64,000 nucleotides of DNA from Salinispira sp. (GCA_965602015.1 OZ271918.1:352001-416000); one strand, 5' to 3'. Shown: positions 49,994 through 60,694, counted from the stretch's first letter. Notes: generated by a model not told the origin, from the sequence alone. Numbers and translations are program-made.

Positions 49994-50368
49994 ATGCCTA
50001 CGATTAACCAGCTTATCCGTAAAGGGCGAAAGACCACAATAAAGAAGACCAAGTCTCCTGCATTGCAGTCCTGCCCCCAGAAGCGCGGGGTTTGTACCCG
50101 TGTTATGACCGTTACCCCCAAAAAGCCGAACTCGGCTCTCCGAAAGGTTGCCCGTGTGCGCCTGAGTAACGGTATCGAAGTTACCGCATATATTCCCGGT
50201 ATCGGCCACAACCTCCAGGAGCACTCCGTTGTTCTGATGCGGGGCGGCCGTGTAAAGGACCTTCCCGGTGTGCGTTACCACATCGTTCGTGGCGCCAAGG
50301 ACACCCTGGGTGTCGACGGCCGTCGCAAGGGCCGCTCCAAATACGGAGCCAAGAAGCCGAAGGCCTAG
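49994..50368 (+). CDS. rpsL: 30S ribosomal protein S12
   Basis: [25 protein letters not shown]. Confidence 0.99.
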   Translation: MPTINQLIRKGRKTTIKKTKSPALQSCPQKRGVCTRVMTVTPKKPNSALRKVARVRLSNGIEVTAYIPGIGHNLQEHSVVLMRGGRVKDLPGVRYHIVRGAKDTLGVDGRRKGRSKYGAKKPKA

Positions 50369-50378
50369 GGGGAATACA

Positions 50379-50852
50379 ATGCCAAGAAGAAGAATCGCAC
50401 CGAAAAAACCCGTTCTGCCCGATACCCGCTATGGATCCACCGTTCTTACCAAGTTCATCAAGCGCATGATGCTCGACGGTAAGCGTTCGACCGCAACCAA
50501 GGTGATGTACAGCGCCATGGCTACCGTAGAGGCCAAGGTAAGCGACGCCAAGCCTGTGGAAGTATTTCTGAAGGCTCTGGAAAACGTGAAGCCCGTCATC
50601 GAGGTGAAAAGCCGCCGGGTCGGTGGTTCCACCTACCAGGTTCCCGTCGAAATCCGGGAAAGCCGCCGGGAAGCTCTGGCAATGCGTTGGATTATTGCAG
50701 CGGCCCGGGGCCGCAGCGGAAAGAGTATGGCCCAGAAGCTCAGCGCCGAGCTCGTTGACGCATACAACAATACCGGGTCAGCCTTTAAGAAGAAAGAAGA
50801 CACCCACCGGATGGCTGAAGCCAACAAGGCTTTTGCCCATTACCGCTGGTAG
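50379..50852 (+). CDS. rpsG: 30S ribosomal protein S7
   Basis: [28 protein letters not shown]. Confidence 0.99.
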   Translation: MPRRRIAPKKPVLPDTRYGSTVLTKFIKRMMLDGKRSTATKVMYSAMATVEAKVSDAKPVEVFLKALENVKPVIEVKSRRVGGSTYQVPVEIRESRREALAMRWIIAAARGRSGKSMAQKLSAELVDAYNNTGSAFKKKEDTHRMAEANKAFAHYRW

Positions 50853-50899
50853 TTGATATGGCGCCGGTTACTCTGCCGGCCGAATATCACGGTAATAAT

Positions 50900-50933
50900 G
50901 CCCCCCTGCCGAATCGGTGGAGGGGCTTTTTTT
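50900..50933 (+). terminator. terminator after rpsG, at the convergent gene junction
   Basis: GCCCCCCTGCCG-aat-CGGTGGAGGGGC followed by a T-run. Confidence 0.7.
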
Positions 50934-53900
50934 ATACCTGTTGCGTACCCTGCAATTGATCCAATCGTCGCGAAAGAATCAGGATATGACCGTCCAGCCG
51001 GTCCAGGAGCCCGGTGAGCTCATCCCTGATTTCAGGGGAGAAGGTCTTCTCGTCCCGAATATGAGCCTTTGACAAGTTTTCAATTTCGGAGGCGCAGCTG
51101 GAAATATCAAAGGCCATAAGATTGAGGGCGCCGCCTTTGACGCTGTGACTGAGCCGGTGAAGTTCTGTAGGATTATCGGACTCGAGGCTTTCCCGCATCT
51201 GGGTGTTGCTTTCCCGAGCAGCATGTACAAATCCCTGCACCAATGAGAGCACCATATCCCGGTTTTGCTCATGCTCTGATAGAAGGGCCTGGAAGTCGAT
51301 AACCGGATCAGTGTGGTCTAGTGGAATGGTTTCATCCTTCGCGGCTTCGGGTAAGACTTCCCCGTCGCCCTCCAGACAGCGCTTAATCGCCTGTCGGAGC
51401 TGGTTCTGCCGCAGCGGTTTGTGTATAACATCATTCATCCCGGCTGCCAGGCATTCAGTTCGGCTTTCATCTACCACGTCTGCGGTCAGCCCGAGAACCG
51501 GAATATCCGGGTTTATGCCCCGGATTATCCGGGTTGCTTCGAGGCCGTCCATACCGGGCATATGAAGATCCATTATGACCAGTGAATAGCTGCCTTCCCT
51601 GATTTTCTCAATGGCTTCCTCTCCGCTGGCCACCAGGTCTATTTCGGCGCTGCTGTCGGACAGGAGAGCCTTTATTACATCCTGATTTGGCTTGTAGTCT
51701 TCAACCAGCAGAATGCGGCTTCCTGAAAGTAACTCCTCGTGGCGGTCTTCATCAGAGTAATCCTGGTCATCGGCCGGGGCGATCGGGGGGCGCAGCGGAA
51801 GTAAAAAGCTGAAGGTGCTGCCCTTGCCCGGGACCGACTTGATTGATATCGACTCTCCGCCCAGCAATTTTACCAGGTGACTGGCGATGGCCATACCCAA
51901 ACCGCTTCCGCCGTGTTCGCGGCTCAGCGATTTATTGACCTGCTCAAAGCTTTGAAACACCATTCTCTGTTTCTCTTCGGGTATGCCGATGCCGCTGTCC
52001 CTGACGCTGAATTCAAGATGCGGAGAACCGTCAAGCCCCTCCGCATGCCCGGCGTACAGTCCAATGTATCCTACGGTGGTAAATTTCAGGGCATTGCTCA
52101 GAAGATTGTCCAAAATCCGCCAAAGGGCGAGCTTGTCACTGACGATGGTGTCCGGAAGCCGGCTATCTATTTCGGTGGTGAATACCAGTCCTTTGTCGGC
52201 GGCGTGTTGACGATATGATGCCGTGAGTTCCTGAATGAAGGGGCGTAGGGTGAAGCTGCCAAGCTTGGCCTCCTCTTTGCCCGCCTCGATTTTTGAGATG
52301 TCCAGAATCTGGTTGATGAGGGATAAGAGCTTGCTCGATTCATGATAAATGGTCTTGGAGTATTGCACTGTCAGTTCCGGACTCTTGTTCTTCCTGATCA
52401 ATTCAGAGAACCCGATTATGCTGTTCAACGGGGTCCGCAGATCGTGGCTGATATTCGCCAAAAAGCGGCTTTTGGCGGCGTGAGCCTCCTCGGCATTTTT
52501 CCGGGCGTTGCTCAAGGCCTGAGTGCGCTCGAGCACCTTACGTTCAAGGACCTTGTTTATCCGGCTCTCCTCTTCGAGTTTTTGCTGATTGAGCTGCCAA
52601 CGGATGCGGAAGAAATTGAAGACGGTAAAGAGGAAAAGTGTGACAAAAATGATTTGCAGGGCAATGGCCGGCGGGCTGAAATACCAGGGCGGCTGAATTG
52701 TGAAGGTAAATTCCGCAGTCTCGGGACTCCAGATTCCGTCGTTGTTGGCACCCCGAACTTCAAACGTATATCGTCCGGGCCGAAGGTTGGTAAAAATTGC
52801 CTGATTTCTTCGCTCTGGTTCGCTCCACTGATTATCTAGGCCGAGCAGGCGGTATTGAAAGCTGTTTCTTTTTGGCGCGGTGAAGTCCAGGGCGGCAAAG
52901 CGGAAACTGAGGAAATTCTGCTGGAAGTTTAAAAGCACTTCCCGTCCTGTGAAAGCGTCGATTTCCTCGCCGGAAATCTCCACTGAGGTGATTACTGTGT
53001 TTGGCTGATGAAAATTGCTGATATAATCAATGCTGTCGATCCGGTGAATGCCCGCCTGAGCGCTGATATACAACCTGCCGTCCCGGGTTTTTATCGCCGC
53101 CTGATTCATTTCCCAGCTCAAAAGTCCATCGTTTTCATCAATTATGACAAAGTCCTTGATAGACGGATCGAGAATAACCAGGCCCCTGGATGTGCTGATC
53201 CACAGCCTGTTTTGGTCGTCTTCAACGATGGCAGCGATGTAATTCGATGGTAGACCGTTTTCCGTCGTGAAATGGGTGAATCCGCGGCTCTCCCGGTCAA
53301 ACAGGTTGAGGCCGCCGCTGTTGGTCCCTATCCAGAGCTGGTTGAGACTGTCCTCGAAAATGACGTTGATACGGTTGCCGGATATGGAGTTTCTGTTTTG
53401 CGGATCGTACCTAAAGTGTTCGAACTTACCGTCATTCCAGAGATTCAAGCCGCCGTTTGTTCCGAACCAGATTGCGCCCTGGCTGTCCTGAAAGATTTTT
53501 GACACCAGATTATTGCTGAGGCTCCCGGTATCGCCCTCCCGATTTTCGAAGTACAGAAAGTCCTCAAAACTCGCGTCTGTCAGGAATACCCCGTTGTTAT
53601 AAGTACCGAACCAATAATTGCCTTGGTCATCTTGCAGCATCGAGCTCATTATCCGTTCGGCAAAGGGTTCTCCCATGCGGATGAATCGATCATTTTCGTA
53701 GTCGTATCGATTCAGACCCGATTGAGTGAGGATCCACAACTGATTATCCAGGTCCTGATAAATGTACCGAATGAAATTATCGTCGAGGCTTGCGTTGTTG
53801 TCAGGTTCATTGTCGTAGCGCTGTACCAGCTCATTTTCCCGGTCTATGAGATTCAGACCCGAGGAATGGGTGCCGAGCCACAGGTTTCCGAGATGGTCTT

Positions 53901-55014
53901 CGTACATTGCGGTGTAGTTGCCCGGTGAAACATTCTGAGGTCCTTCGCCCGGTTTATACACAAAAAAGCTGTTTCTCTTTGGATCGAACTTGTTGATGCC
54001 CCCGCCCCTGGTTCCGACCCACAGAATGCCTCCCGAATCCTCGAGCAGCGAATATACCAGATCATTGCTGAGACTGCTTTCATCCTCCGGTTCATTGAGG
54101 TAGCGGTGAAAATTCCCGGTATCCGGATCCATCAGGAAGAGGCCGCCGGTCCAGCTGGCCACCCATAATCTGTCCCGGGAATCGAACATCAGTTGATAAA
54201 CCCCTTCAACAGGGAGCTGCCAGCTGGTGAACTCGCCGCTTTCCGCATCATATCGGGATATGTAACCCTCCCACATTCCGGCGAAAATCCGGCCTCGGCT
54301 GTCCTCGGTAATGGACATGACGTAGGTGCCCGGAAGTCCTGAGCTGTTGTCTGGTTCTTGAAGGATATTGCGGAAACCCTCCTGGCCCTCATCCCAGATA
54401 CTTATCCCCCGATAATGGCCAATCCACACCCTGCCTTCCCGGTCTTCAAAAATAGCTCTGATGGTTCGGTCTCCCAGGCTGGCGGGATCGTCCGGATCGG
54501 GCTGGAACCGAGTGAAGTTGTCCCCGCCGTCCAGGCTGAGATTTAATCCCCGGGCGGTTCCCACCCACAGGCGACGCCGGCTGTCACGGAGAATAGAAAT
54601 GATTTGAGGATCGCTGATACTGTTTTCCACATCAGGATCGCTTATGTAATTCCTGAATGTTTCTGTTTCGGGGTTTAATCGACTGAGACTCCCATAGGTT
54701 CCTATCCAAATATGGCCGTCATCATCGAGGTGCATTGTCTGGATTTGCGAATGGGGTAGAGAGCTCTCGCTGAACGGGAGATATATGAACTCCCGGAACT
54801 CATATCCGTCATACCGGCTCAAACCTGAGACCGTACCAAACCATAAATATCCCTGGTTGTCCTGGACGATTGCCGAGACATTCGAGTTTATCAGTCCGTC
54901 CTCAATGCCCAGCCGCTCAAAGCGGATGTCAGGACCCGGTTCTTCCTGGGCGATGAGATTGTGAGTTGTGCCGAGTGATGCGAAAATAAGCAGCGCAAGA
55001 ATTGCGAGTTTCAT
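50932..55014 (-). CDS. hybrid sensor histidine kinase (beta-propeller Reg_prop repeats, Y_Y_Y, HisKA, HATPase, REC, Hpt)
   Basis: Repeated D..G.LW.GT..GL blades; FTNLRPGRYTFEV; ISHDLRTPLN; NALKFT, DSGIG; MDLHMP; HSVKG. Confidence 0.95.
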   Translation of the reverse strand: MKLAILALLIFASLGTTHNLIAQEEPGPDIRFERLGIEDGLINSNVSAIVQDNQGYLWFGTVSGLSRYDGYEFREFIYLPFSESSLPHSQIQTMHLDDDGHIWIGTYGSLSRLNPETETFRNYISDPDVENSISDPQIISILRDSRRRLWVGTARGLNLSLDGGDNFTRFQPDPDDPASLGDRTIRAIFEDREGRVWIGHYRGISIWDEGQEGFRNILQEPDNSSGLPGTYVMSITEDSRGRIFAGMWEGYISRYDAESGEFTSWQLPVEGVYQLMFDSRDRLWVASWTGGLFLMDPDTGNFHRYLNEPEDESSLSNDLVYSLLEDSGGILWVGTRGGGINKFDPKRNSFFVYKPGEGPQNVSPGNYTAMYEDHLGNLWLGTHSSGLNLIDRENELVQRYDNEPDNNASLDDNFIRYIYQDLDNQLWILTQSGLNRYDYENDRFIRMGEPFAERIMSSMLQDDQGNYWFGTYNNGVFLTDASFEDFLYFENREGDTGSLSNNLVSKIFQDSQGAIWFGTNGGLNLWNDGKFEHFRYDPQNRNSISGNRINVIFEDSLNQLWIGTNSGGLNLFDRESRGFTHFTTENGLPSNYIAAIVEDDQNRLWISTSRGLVILDPSIKDFVIIDENDGLLSWEMNQAAIKTRDGRLYISAQAGIHRIDSIDYISNFHQPNTVITSVEISGEEIDAFTGREVLLNFQQNFLSFRFAALDFTAPKRNSFQYRLLGLDNQWSEPERRNQAIFTNLRPGRYTFEVRGANNDGIWSPETAEFTFTIQPPWYFSPPAIALQIIFVTLFLFTVFNFFRIRWQLNQQKLEEESRINKVLERKVLERTQALSNARKNAEEAHAAKSRFLANISHDLRTPLNSIIGFSELIRKNKSPELTVQYSKTIYHESSKLLSLINQILDISKIEAGKEEAKLGSFTLRPFIQELTASYRQHAADKGLVFTTEIDSRLPDTIVSDKLALWRILDNLLSNALKFTTVGYIGLYAGHAEGLDGSPHLEFSVRDSGIGIPEEKQRMVFQSFEQVNKSLSREHGGSGLGMAIASHLVKLLGGESISIKSVPGKGSTFSFLLPLRPPIAPADDQDYSDEDRHEELLSGSRILLVEDYKPNQDVIKALLSDSSAEIDLVASGEEAIEKIREGSYSLVIMDLHMPGMDGLEATRIIRGINPDIPVLGLTADVVDESRTECLAAGMNDVIHKPLRQNQLRQAIKRCLEGDGEVLPEAAKDETIPLDHTDPVIDFQALLSEHEQNRDMVLSLVQGFVHAARESNTQMRESLESDNPTELHRLSHSVKGGALNLMAFDISSCASEIENLSKAHIRDEKTFSPEIRDELTGLLDRLDGHILILSRRLDQLQGTQQV

Positions 55015-55066
55015 GTGGTAATTTCTCCAGGAATTCATCTGGTTACAATTGTAAGAAAAATACTGG

Positions 55067-56755
55067 TCATCTTCCAGTTTCGGTGCAGTGTGCACTCATC
55101 CCCGAGGTATCGAGAACGAGGGCTTGAAGGGGTTCAAGTTTCACCGCCCCGGTGACTGTGCTCCTCAGCGGATCGGCGCACAGGCTGTCTGCGAGTATTT
55201 CTGCCTCCGTGTTTGCCACCTCCGTGTTTACCGCCTCCGTATTTGACAGTAATAGGCGTCGGTTTTGTGAGGTGAAATTGAGAAGCACGAGAAGACTGCG
55301 GTCTTTCCATATTCGTTTGTATGACAATACGCCTCTGAAAACCCGCAGATCGCGTATGTCTCCCCGGTTGAGTTGCGGAAGGCTTCTGCGAAGTGATATC
55401 AGCTTCCGATACCAGGACAGGAGAGATGCTCCGTCAGCCTTCTGGGCATCGACGTCGCGCTCGGTGGTATCGGGGTTTTGGGGCAGCCAGGACTTATCGC
55501 CGGCGGTGAATCCGCCGGAAGCCGACCACTGCATGGGCGTTCTCGACCTATCTCTGCCCGGATGAAGGGGCCAATACCGCAAGCCGAGGGGGTCCATCAT
55601 ATCTTTCCGCCGGATTTTTCCGTCTACCATACCGATTTCTTCTCCGTAGTAGAGAAACGCTGTTCCCCGTTGGGTCAGAAGCAGGGCGGCTAACAGTCGG
55701 GCCTTGCTTTCATTTCCACCGCATAGCCGGGTCATTGCCCGGCTCTGATCGTGATTGCTCAGGACGTGGCAGGGCCAGCGATTTTCCCCGCAGACTGCAT
55801 ACCAGCGCGAGAGGATGCGGCGGAAGGACTCGACAGAGAACTTCACATACATGGGAGAAAAGTCAAAGGCCAGGTGGAGCTCGTCTGTTCCGCTGCCCTG
55901 GTACGACGCGCTTGAAGCGGGGTCGGGCAGGCCCTCGTTGGGATAGATTTCCCCGACGAGCATGGTCTCCGGGTATTTGTCGTGTAGCATTCGCAGACGC
56001 TTGAGAATCTCATGGGTTTCAGGACGATTTCGATCGTAGAGATGCAGCTGCTGATCGTGGAGTCTCGGCGGTGCCTTTCTCAGCCGATAGGGATTCGATC
56101 GGAGTTTATCATCTTTGACAATGTAGTTGATCACGTCGAGCCGAAACCCGTCTACACCCCGTTCAAGCCAAAATTTTGCCTGGGAGAACATCGCCGATTC
56201 CACATCCGTATTACGCCAGTTGAGGTCGGGCTGTTCGGCGAGGAACAGATGGAGATAGTATTCCCGGCTGTTCGGGTCCCAGGTCCATGCGCTCCCGCCG
56301 AATGCAGCCCTCCAGTTATTCGGCGGCCGCCTTATCCCCAGATGGCGGATTCCGGGATGCCACATATACCAGTTTCGCTTCTCTGATTTTTTTGACGAGG
56401 CGGAATCGGTAAACCAGGGATGTGCATTGCTGGTGTGGTTCATTACGAGATCGAGAATGATTCGGATATTGCGGCGGTGTGATTCGCTGACAAGCTCATC
56501 GAAGTCTGTTAGGGAGCCGAAAATTGGGTGGATGTTTTTATAGTCGGACACATCATAGCCAAAGTCCTTCATGGGCGATGGGAAAATCGGCGAAAGCCAT
56601 ATTCCGTCGACTCCCAAATACTCGAGGTACTCGATCCTGTTGATTATTCCCCGCAAATCGCCTATGCCGTCTTCGTCTGAGTCGGAAAAACTGCGGGGGT
56701 AAATCTGATAGATACAGCCGTGCTTCCACCAGAGGTATCCATCGCGATTATGCAT
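55067..56755 (-). CDS. GH13 alpha-glucosidase
   Basis: YQIYPRSF, DLVMNH, GFRLDV, LVGE, SNHD, RTPMQW. Confidence 0.94.
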   Translation of the reverse strand: MHNRDGYLWWKHGCIYQIYPRSFSDSDEDGIGDLRGIINRIEYLEYLGVDGIWLSPIFPSPMKDFGYDVSDYKNIHPIFGSLTDFDELVSESHRRNIRIILDLVMNHTSNAHPWFTDSASSKKSEKRNWYMWHPGIRHLGIRRPPNNWRAAFGGSAWTWDPNSREYYLHLFLAEQPDLNWRNTDVESAMFSQAKFWLERGVDGFRLDVINYIVKDDKLRSNPYRLRKAPPRLHDQQLHLYDRNRPETHEILKRLRMLHDKYPETMLVGEIYPNEGLPDPASSASYQGSGTDELHLAFDFSPMYVKFSVESFRRILSRWYAVCGENRWPCHVLSNHDQSRAMTRLCGGNESKARLLAALLLTQRGTAFLYYGEEIGMVDGKIRRKDMMDPLGLRYWPLHPGRDRSRTPMQWSASGGFTAGDKSWLPQNPDTTERDVDAQKADGASLLSWYRKLISLRRSLPQLNRGDIRDLRVFRGVLSYKRIWKDRSLLVLLNFTSQNRRLLLSNTEAVNTEVANTEAEILADSLCADPLRSTVTGAVKLEPLQALVLDTSGMSAHCTETGR

Positions 56756-58133
56756 CGGGAGCGGCCTCTGCGGCTGCCCGGTACTCGGCGAGTTCCCGGC
56801 TTATGTCATCCTGAGGGTAACGAAGAAAGATAAAAAAGCCCGCAAGGACAAAAACCGAGGCCACGGGTCCCGTGAGTATGACTCCCAGGGGTTGCGACGC
56901 ATCCTTACCGAAAAATGCGAACAGGCTCGCGGTGATTGCCAGGGCGATCCCGTAGTTGACCTTCATAAACAGGCCTTGAGTTCCGAAAAACATGGCCTCA
57001 CGGTTTTTTCCGTTTCGAAAACCGTCCAGCTCGCTCAGGTCGGAAACCGCGGCGTTGGGAATTACCAGTAAGACCGCCACGGGGAAACCGATAAGACCCA
57101 TTTGGATTATAGCCGCAAGGGCAGCCGAGGATCCTGTCAGGGGAATAATCGGGGTCATGGCCATCAGTATTGAAAAACTGAGCATGCCCGCCAGCATAAG
57201 CTGCTTGTTGCTGAAGCGCTTGGCCAAACCCGGCAGAAGAATAAATACGAGAAAGGCGACGCCGAAGAGGGCCGCCATCAGAACAGTCTGGAACTCCGCA
57301 GGCCGGTTGAGCAATACTACCGGGTAATATGCAATGACGGCCCGGATCATGTTAAACGAAAACCAATACAGGATGGTTCCTATCATATATATGATAAAGC
57401 GCCGATTTTTTACGGTAAGCAAAACCGATTCCGCCAATCCGACTCCAGCGGGTCTGGCCCGTGAATACCGCTTTTCATTGACCGGCAATCCGCTGCTAAG
57501 CATTGAGATCAGGGCGACGGCTCCGAGAACCGCCATAGTTATCTGGAATGCCTCACGCCGCTCAATACCCGAGTTTTGAAGACCATCCCAGAGCATTGGG
57601 GACCCAATGAGGACGATAATCGCTCCGACAAGACTAAAAACCGCTTGAACTACGGTCAGGGAAATCCGTTCTCCGGTATTTCTACTCACCTCGGGGATCA
57701 GCGCAAGGTAGGGAGTCATGTAATAGGTATAAAAGAAAAAGTAGAGCCCGAGCATGAGAGCGGTGTACCAGGCGTTGACCGATGCCACTGCAGCTATTGG
57801 CTGAAAGTACAGAAGGATACCCGTGAGTGCGAAGGGCAGGGCTCCGGTGACAATAAAAAACTTGCGCCGACCCATCTTGTTGCTCGCATTATCGCTCCAC
57901 CAGGCAATGAGAGGGTCCGCCAGAGCATCTATCACCCGTCCGAACAGATTTATCAGCCCTACCAGAGTAATACCCAGCAATAAGGGACGGTTATCCACCA
58001 GCTCGGGCATTCCGGTTTCCGCCGGCGGCAGGAGGAAAAACAGAAGGTACACTCCGTAGATATTGTCCATGATGGAGAAACCCATGTTGCCGTTTGCGTA
58101 TACAATCCGTTTCCACCGGGGAAAATGATCCAT
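56748..58133 (-). CDS. MFS_2 / GPH-family sugar:cation symporter
   Basis: GRVIDALADPLIAWWSD...MGRRK; PYLALIPE; REAMFFG. Confidence 0.88.
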   Translation of the reverse strand: MDHFPRWKRIVYANGNMGFSIMDNIYGVYLLFFLLPPAETGMPELVDNRPLLLGITLVGLINLFGRVIDALADPLIAWWSDNASNKMGRRKFFIVTGALPFALTGILLYFQPIAAVASVNAWYTALMLGLYFFFYTYYMTPYLALIPEVSRNTGERISLTVVQAVFSLVGAIIVLIGSPMLWDGLQNSGIERREAFQITMAVLGAVALISMLSSGLPVNEKRYSRARPAGVGLAESVLLTVKNRRFIIYMIGTILYWFSFNMIRAVIAYYPVVLLNRPAEFQTVLMAALFGVAFLVFILLPGLAKRFSNKQLMLAGMLSFSILMAMTPIIPLTGSSAALAAIIQMGLIGFPVAVLLVIPNAAVSDLSELDGFRNGKNREAMFFGTQGLFMKVNYGIALAITASLFAFFGKDASQPLGVILTGPVASVFVLAGFFIFLRYPQDDISRELAEYRAAAEAAPDA

Positions 58134-58262
58134 TGTTCCTCCTTCCGCTTTTTTTCCGAAGCCGGCCGCTGTGACTGACATCGCTGCGTTGTGGTTTGAG
58201 CTATGCTTCATTGTAACCTGAGTTTTACCGCGGGGGTACAAAATGGTGGGTAGGCTTACCCG

Positions 58263-58292
58263 GTGCCCCGAAAACAGCTGATTTCGGGGAAC
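58263..58292. repeat. collapsed hairpin form of the repeat, centred on CAGCTG
   Basis: GTGCCCCGAAAA-CAGCTG-ATTTCGGGGAAC, two mismatches from a perfect palindrome. Confidence 0.88.
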
Positions 58293-58298
58293 AACATG

Positions 58299-59189
58299 TT
58301 ATTCCCCTCCGAATAAAGCTCCCAGGTCCCGGGCTGCAAGCTCTGCCAGTTCTTTTGCGGCCGGGGATTGGCTGGCGCTTTTCCGTCTGGCCATAAGCAG
58401 CGTTCGCCTCGGCGCGTCCCCTGAAACCCGTCGGTATGCGATATCCTCGTGAACGCAAATCATCCGGGGCACAATTGATATTCCCAGCCCAGCCCGCACC
58501 AGGGCCTGTACGGTTTCTATTTCGCTCGATTCATAGACGATCTGTGGTTCGACCCCTGCCCGCCTGAGGGCAGCGGTGACGATGCGGTTAAATCCGTGTC
58601 CCTTGCGCATGAGAATAAGGCTCTGGCCCGCCAGACTTTCGAGCCCGAGTTCGCCCTGTGAGACCAGGGGATGGGCGGTCGGCAGGGCGATGTACAGGGG
58701 CTCGGAAAACAGGATGGTACCTGAAAGGCTCTCGTTCATGCCTGCCTGATCCATAATCGCACTGTCGACCTGATGCTCTTCCAGGCGTTGGGCCAAAACC
58801 GGGCTTGATCCTTCGCTGAGGATAATGCGCACATTGGGATGGTCCCGCCGATATGCCGAAAGAAGGGGAGGGAGCACATACGCTCCGGTTGTCGGCAGGC
58901 AGCCGAGGCGGATTACTCCGCTGCGTCCCGAATCGAATTCCCTGATATCGTGCCGGACTTCAGCGGCCTGGCGGAGGATTTCCCGTGCCCTGGGCAGGAA
59001 CACTTCCCCTCTGGGAGTAAGCCGGCATCCTCCCCGGCTTCTCTCTATGAGAATGCCCCCCAGCTCCTTTTCCAGTTTGGAGATCTGGGCGGACAGCGAT
59101 GGTTGGGACACATTGCACTTTTCTGCGGCCCGGGTAAAGTTTCCATATTGTTCTGCTGCGGTGAAGTAGTGAAGCTGGTGCATTTCCAT
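58299..59189 (-). CDS. LysR-family transcriptional regulator
   Basis: NFTRAAEKCNVSQPSLSAQISKLEKELG HTH; LVRAGLGISIVP. Confidence 0.95.
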   Translation of the reverse strand: MEMHQLHYFTAAEQYGNFTRAAEKCNVSQPSLSAQISKLEKELGGILIERSRGGCRLTPRGEVFLPRAREILRQAAEVRHDIREFDSGRSGVIRLGCLPTTGAYVLPPLLSAYRRDHPNVRIILSEGSSPVLAQRLEEHQVDSAIMDQAGMNESLSGTILFSEPLYIALPTAHPLVSQGELGLESLAGQSLILMRKGHGFNRIVTAALRRAGVEPQIVYESSEIETVQALVRAGLGISIVPRMICVHEDIAYRRVSGDAPRRTLLMARRKSASQSPAAKELAELAARDLGALFGGE

Positions 59190-59198
59190 AGTCAAATC

Positions 59199-59213
59199 CT
59201 ATCGTATTTATAG
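59199..59213. promoter_or_regulatory. putative LysR box (T-N11-A) between the divergent lysR and leuC
   Basis: CTAT-N7-ATAG dyad in an AT-rich intergenic region. Confidence 0.55.
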
Positions 59214-59275
59214 AAATAATATCTTTTACAAATATAAGTCCATCGGATATATTATTGCCAGACACGGAGGCATCT

Positions 59276-60694
59276 ATGGCAAAAAAAACCTTATATAACA
59301 AAGTATGGGACGCCCACTCGGTTGCGACCCTTCCCACCGGACAGACCCAACTCTTCATCGGGCTTCATATGATTCACGAAGTTACCAGTCCCCAGGCCTT
59401 TGACATGCTGAGGGAACGGGGCTTGAAGGTGGCATATCCCCAGAGAACCTTCGCCACCATGGACCACATCGTCCCCACACACTCCACCGCCAGGCCGTTT
59501 GCCGATTCCCAGGCGGAAAGCATGATGCAGGCAATAGAAAAAAATACCGGTGATTTTGATATCCAGTTTTTCAATTTTCAAAGCGGCAAGCAGGGGGTGG
59601 TTCACGTGGTGGGTCCCGAACTCGGTCTGACCAGGCCGGGAATGACCATTGCCTGCGGGGATTCCCACACATCGACCCACGGTGCATTTGGTTCTCTGGC
59701 TTTTGGCATAGGGACCAGTCAGGTCCGCGATGTACTGGCCACCCAATGTCTGGCCATGGATCCGCTCAAGGTTCGCCGCATCGAAATCAACGGCAGTCTT
59801 GGAAAAGGGGTCACCCCGAAAGACGTCGCTTTGTTTATCATCAACCGCCTCGGGGTGAAGGGCGGAATCGGCCACGTCTATGAATACGCCGGCGATGTAT
59901 TTGACACTATGACCATGGAAGGCCGCATGACCGTCTGCAACATGTCCATTGAGGGCGGCGCCCGGGCCGGTTATGTGAATCCCGATCAGACTACCTTTGC
60001 CTATCTCAAGGGTAGGGAATATTCCCCCGCTGGCGCGGAGTGGGACCAGGCGGTCGCCCGTTGGGCGTCCTTCGCCTCGGATGCCGACGCCGAGTACGAT
60101 GAAATTGTGAAATTTTCCGCCGATGAAATTCGGCCCATGGTCACCTGGGGCATAACTCCCGGACAAAGCATCGGCATTGGAGAAAAGCTCCCGGATCCGG
60201 CAAAAATGGAGGATTCCGGCGACCGCCAGACCGCGGAATTAGCATATCGCCATATGAAACTGACGCCCGGCCAAAGACCGGAAGACATTGAGATAGATGT
60301 GGCCTTCATCGGCAGTTGCACGAACGGCCGCATTGAAGACCTCCGCGCGGCGGCGGATTTTCTCAAGGGCAAAAAGGTGAATCCCCGGGTTCACGCATTC
60401 GTTGTGCCCGGTTCCATGCAGGTCCGCAAGGCGGCAATGGAGGAAGGGCTTCACACGGTCTTCCAGGAAGCGGGCTTTGAGTGGAGGGCGGCCGGATGTT
60501 CCATGTGTCTGGCAATGAACCCCGATCAGCTCAAGGGTGAGCAAATTTCCGCCAGTTCCAGCAATCGCAACTTCATCGGCCGACAGGGCAGTCCCAGCGG
60601 CCGCACCCTGCTTATGTCTCCCGCCATGGTCGCCGCTGCGGCGGTGAGCGGACGGGTCAGCGATGTGAGGAAAATGATGAAGGAGGCCAGATAA
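59276..60694 (+). CDS. leuC: 3-isopropylmalate dehydratase large subunit
   Basis: [36 protein letters not shown]. Confidence 0.97.
   Translation: MAKKTLYNKVWDAHSVATLPTGQTQLFIGLHMIHEVTSPQAFDMLRERGLKVAYPQRTFATMDHIVPTHSTARPFADSQAESMMQAIEKNTGDFDIQFFNFQSGKQGVVHVVGPELGLTRPGMTIACGDSHTSTHGAFGSLAFGIGTSQVRDVLATQCLAMDPLKVRRIEINGSLGKGVTPKDVALFIINRLGVKGGIGHVYEYAGDVFDTMTMEGRMTVCNMSIEGGARAGYVNPDQTTFAYLKGREYSPAGAEWDQAVARWASFASDADAEYDEIVKFSADEIRPMVTWGITPGQSIGIGEKLPDPAKMEDSGDRQTAELAYRHMKLTPGQRPEDIEIDVAFIGSCTNGRIEDLRAAADFLKGKKVNPRVHAFVVPGSMQVRKAAMEEGLHTVFQEAGFEWRAAGCSMCLAMNPDQLKGEQISASSSNRNFIGRQGSPSGRTLLMSPAMVAAAAVSGRVSDVRKMMKEAR

Noticed and set aside
49994..50368. Streptomycin-resistance alleles in rpsL
   Set aside because: The K43 (PKKPN) and K88 (RVKDLP) equivalents are wild type.
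50853..50931. Absence of fusA/tuf after rpsG as a novelty
   Set aside because: A split str operon is the known arrangement in Borrelia and Treponema.
7535..58292. The repeat family as a CRISPR array
   Set aside because: Copies are kilobases apart, occur as inverted pairs, have no regular spacers, and no cas genes are present.
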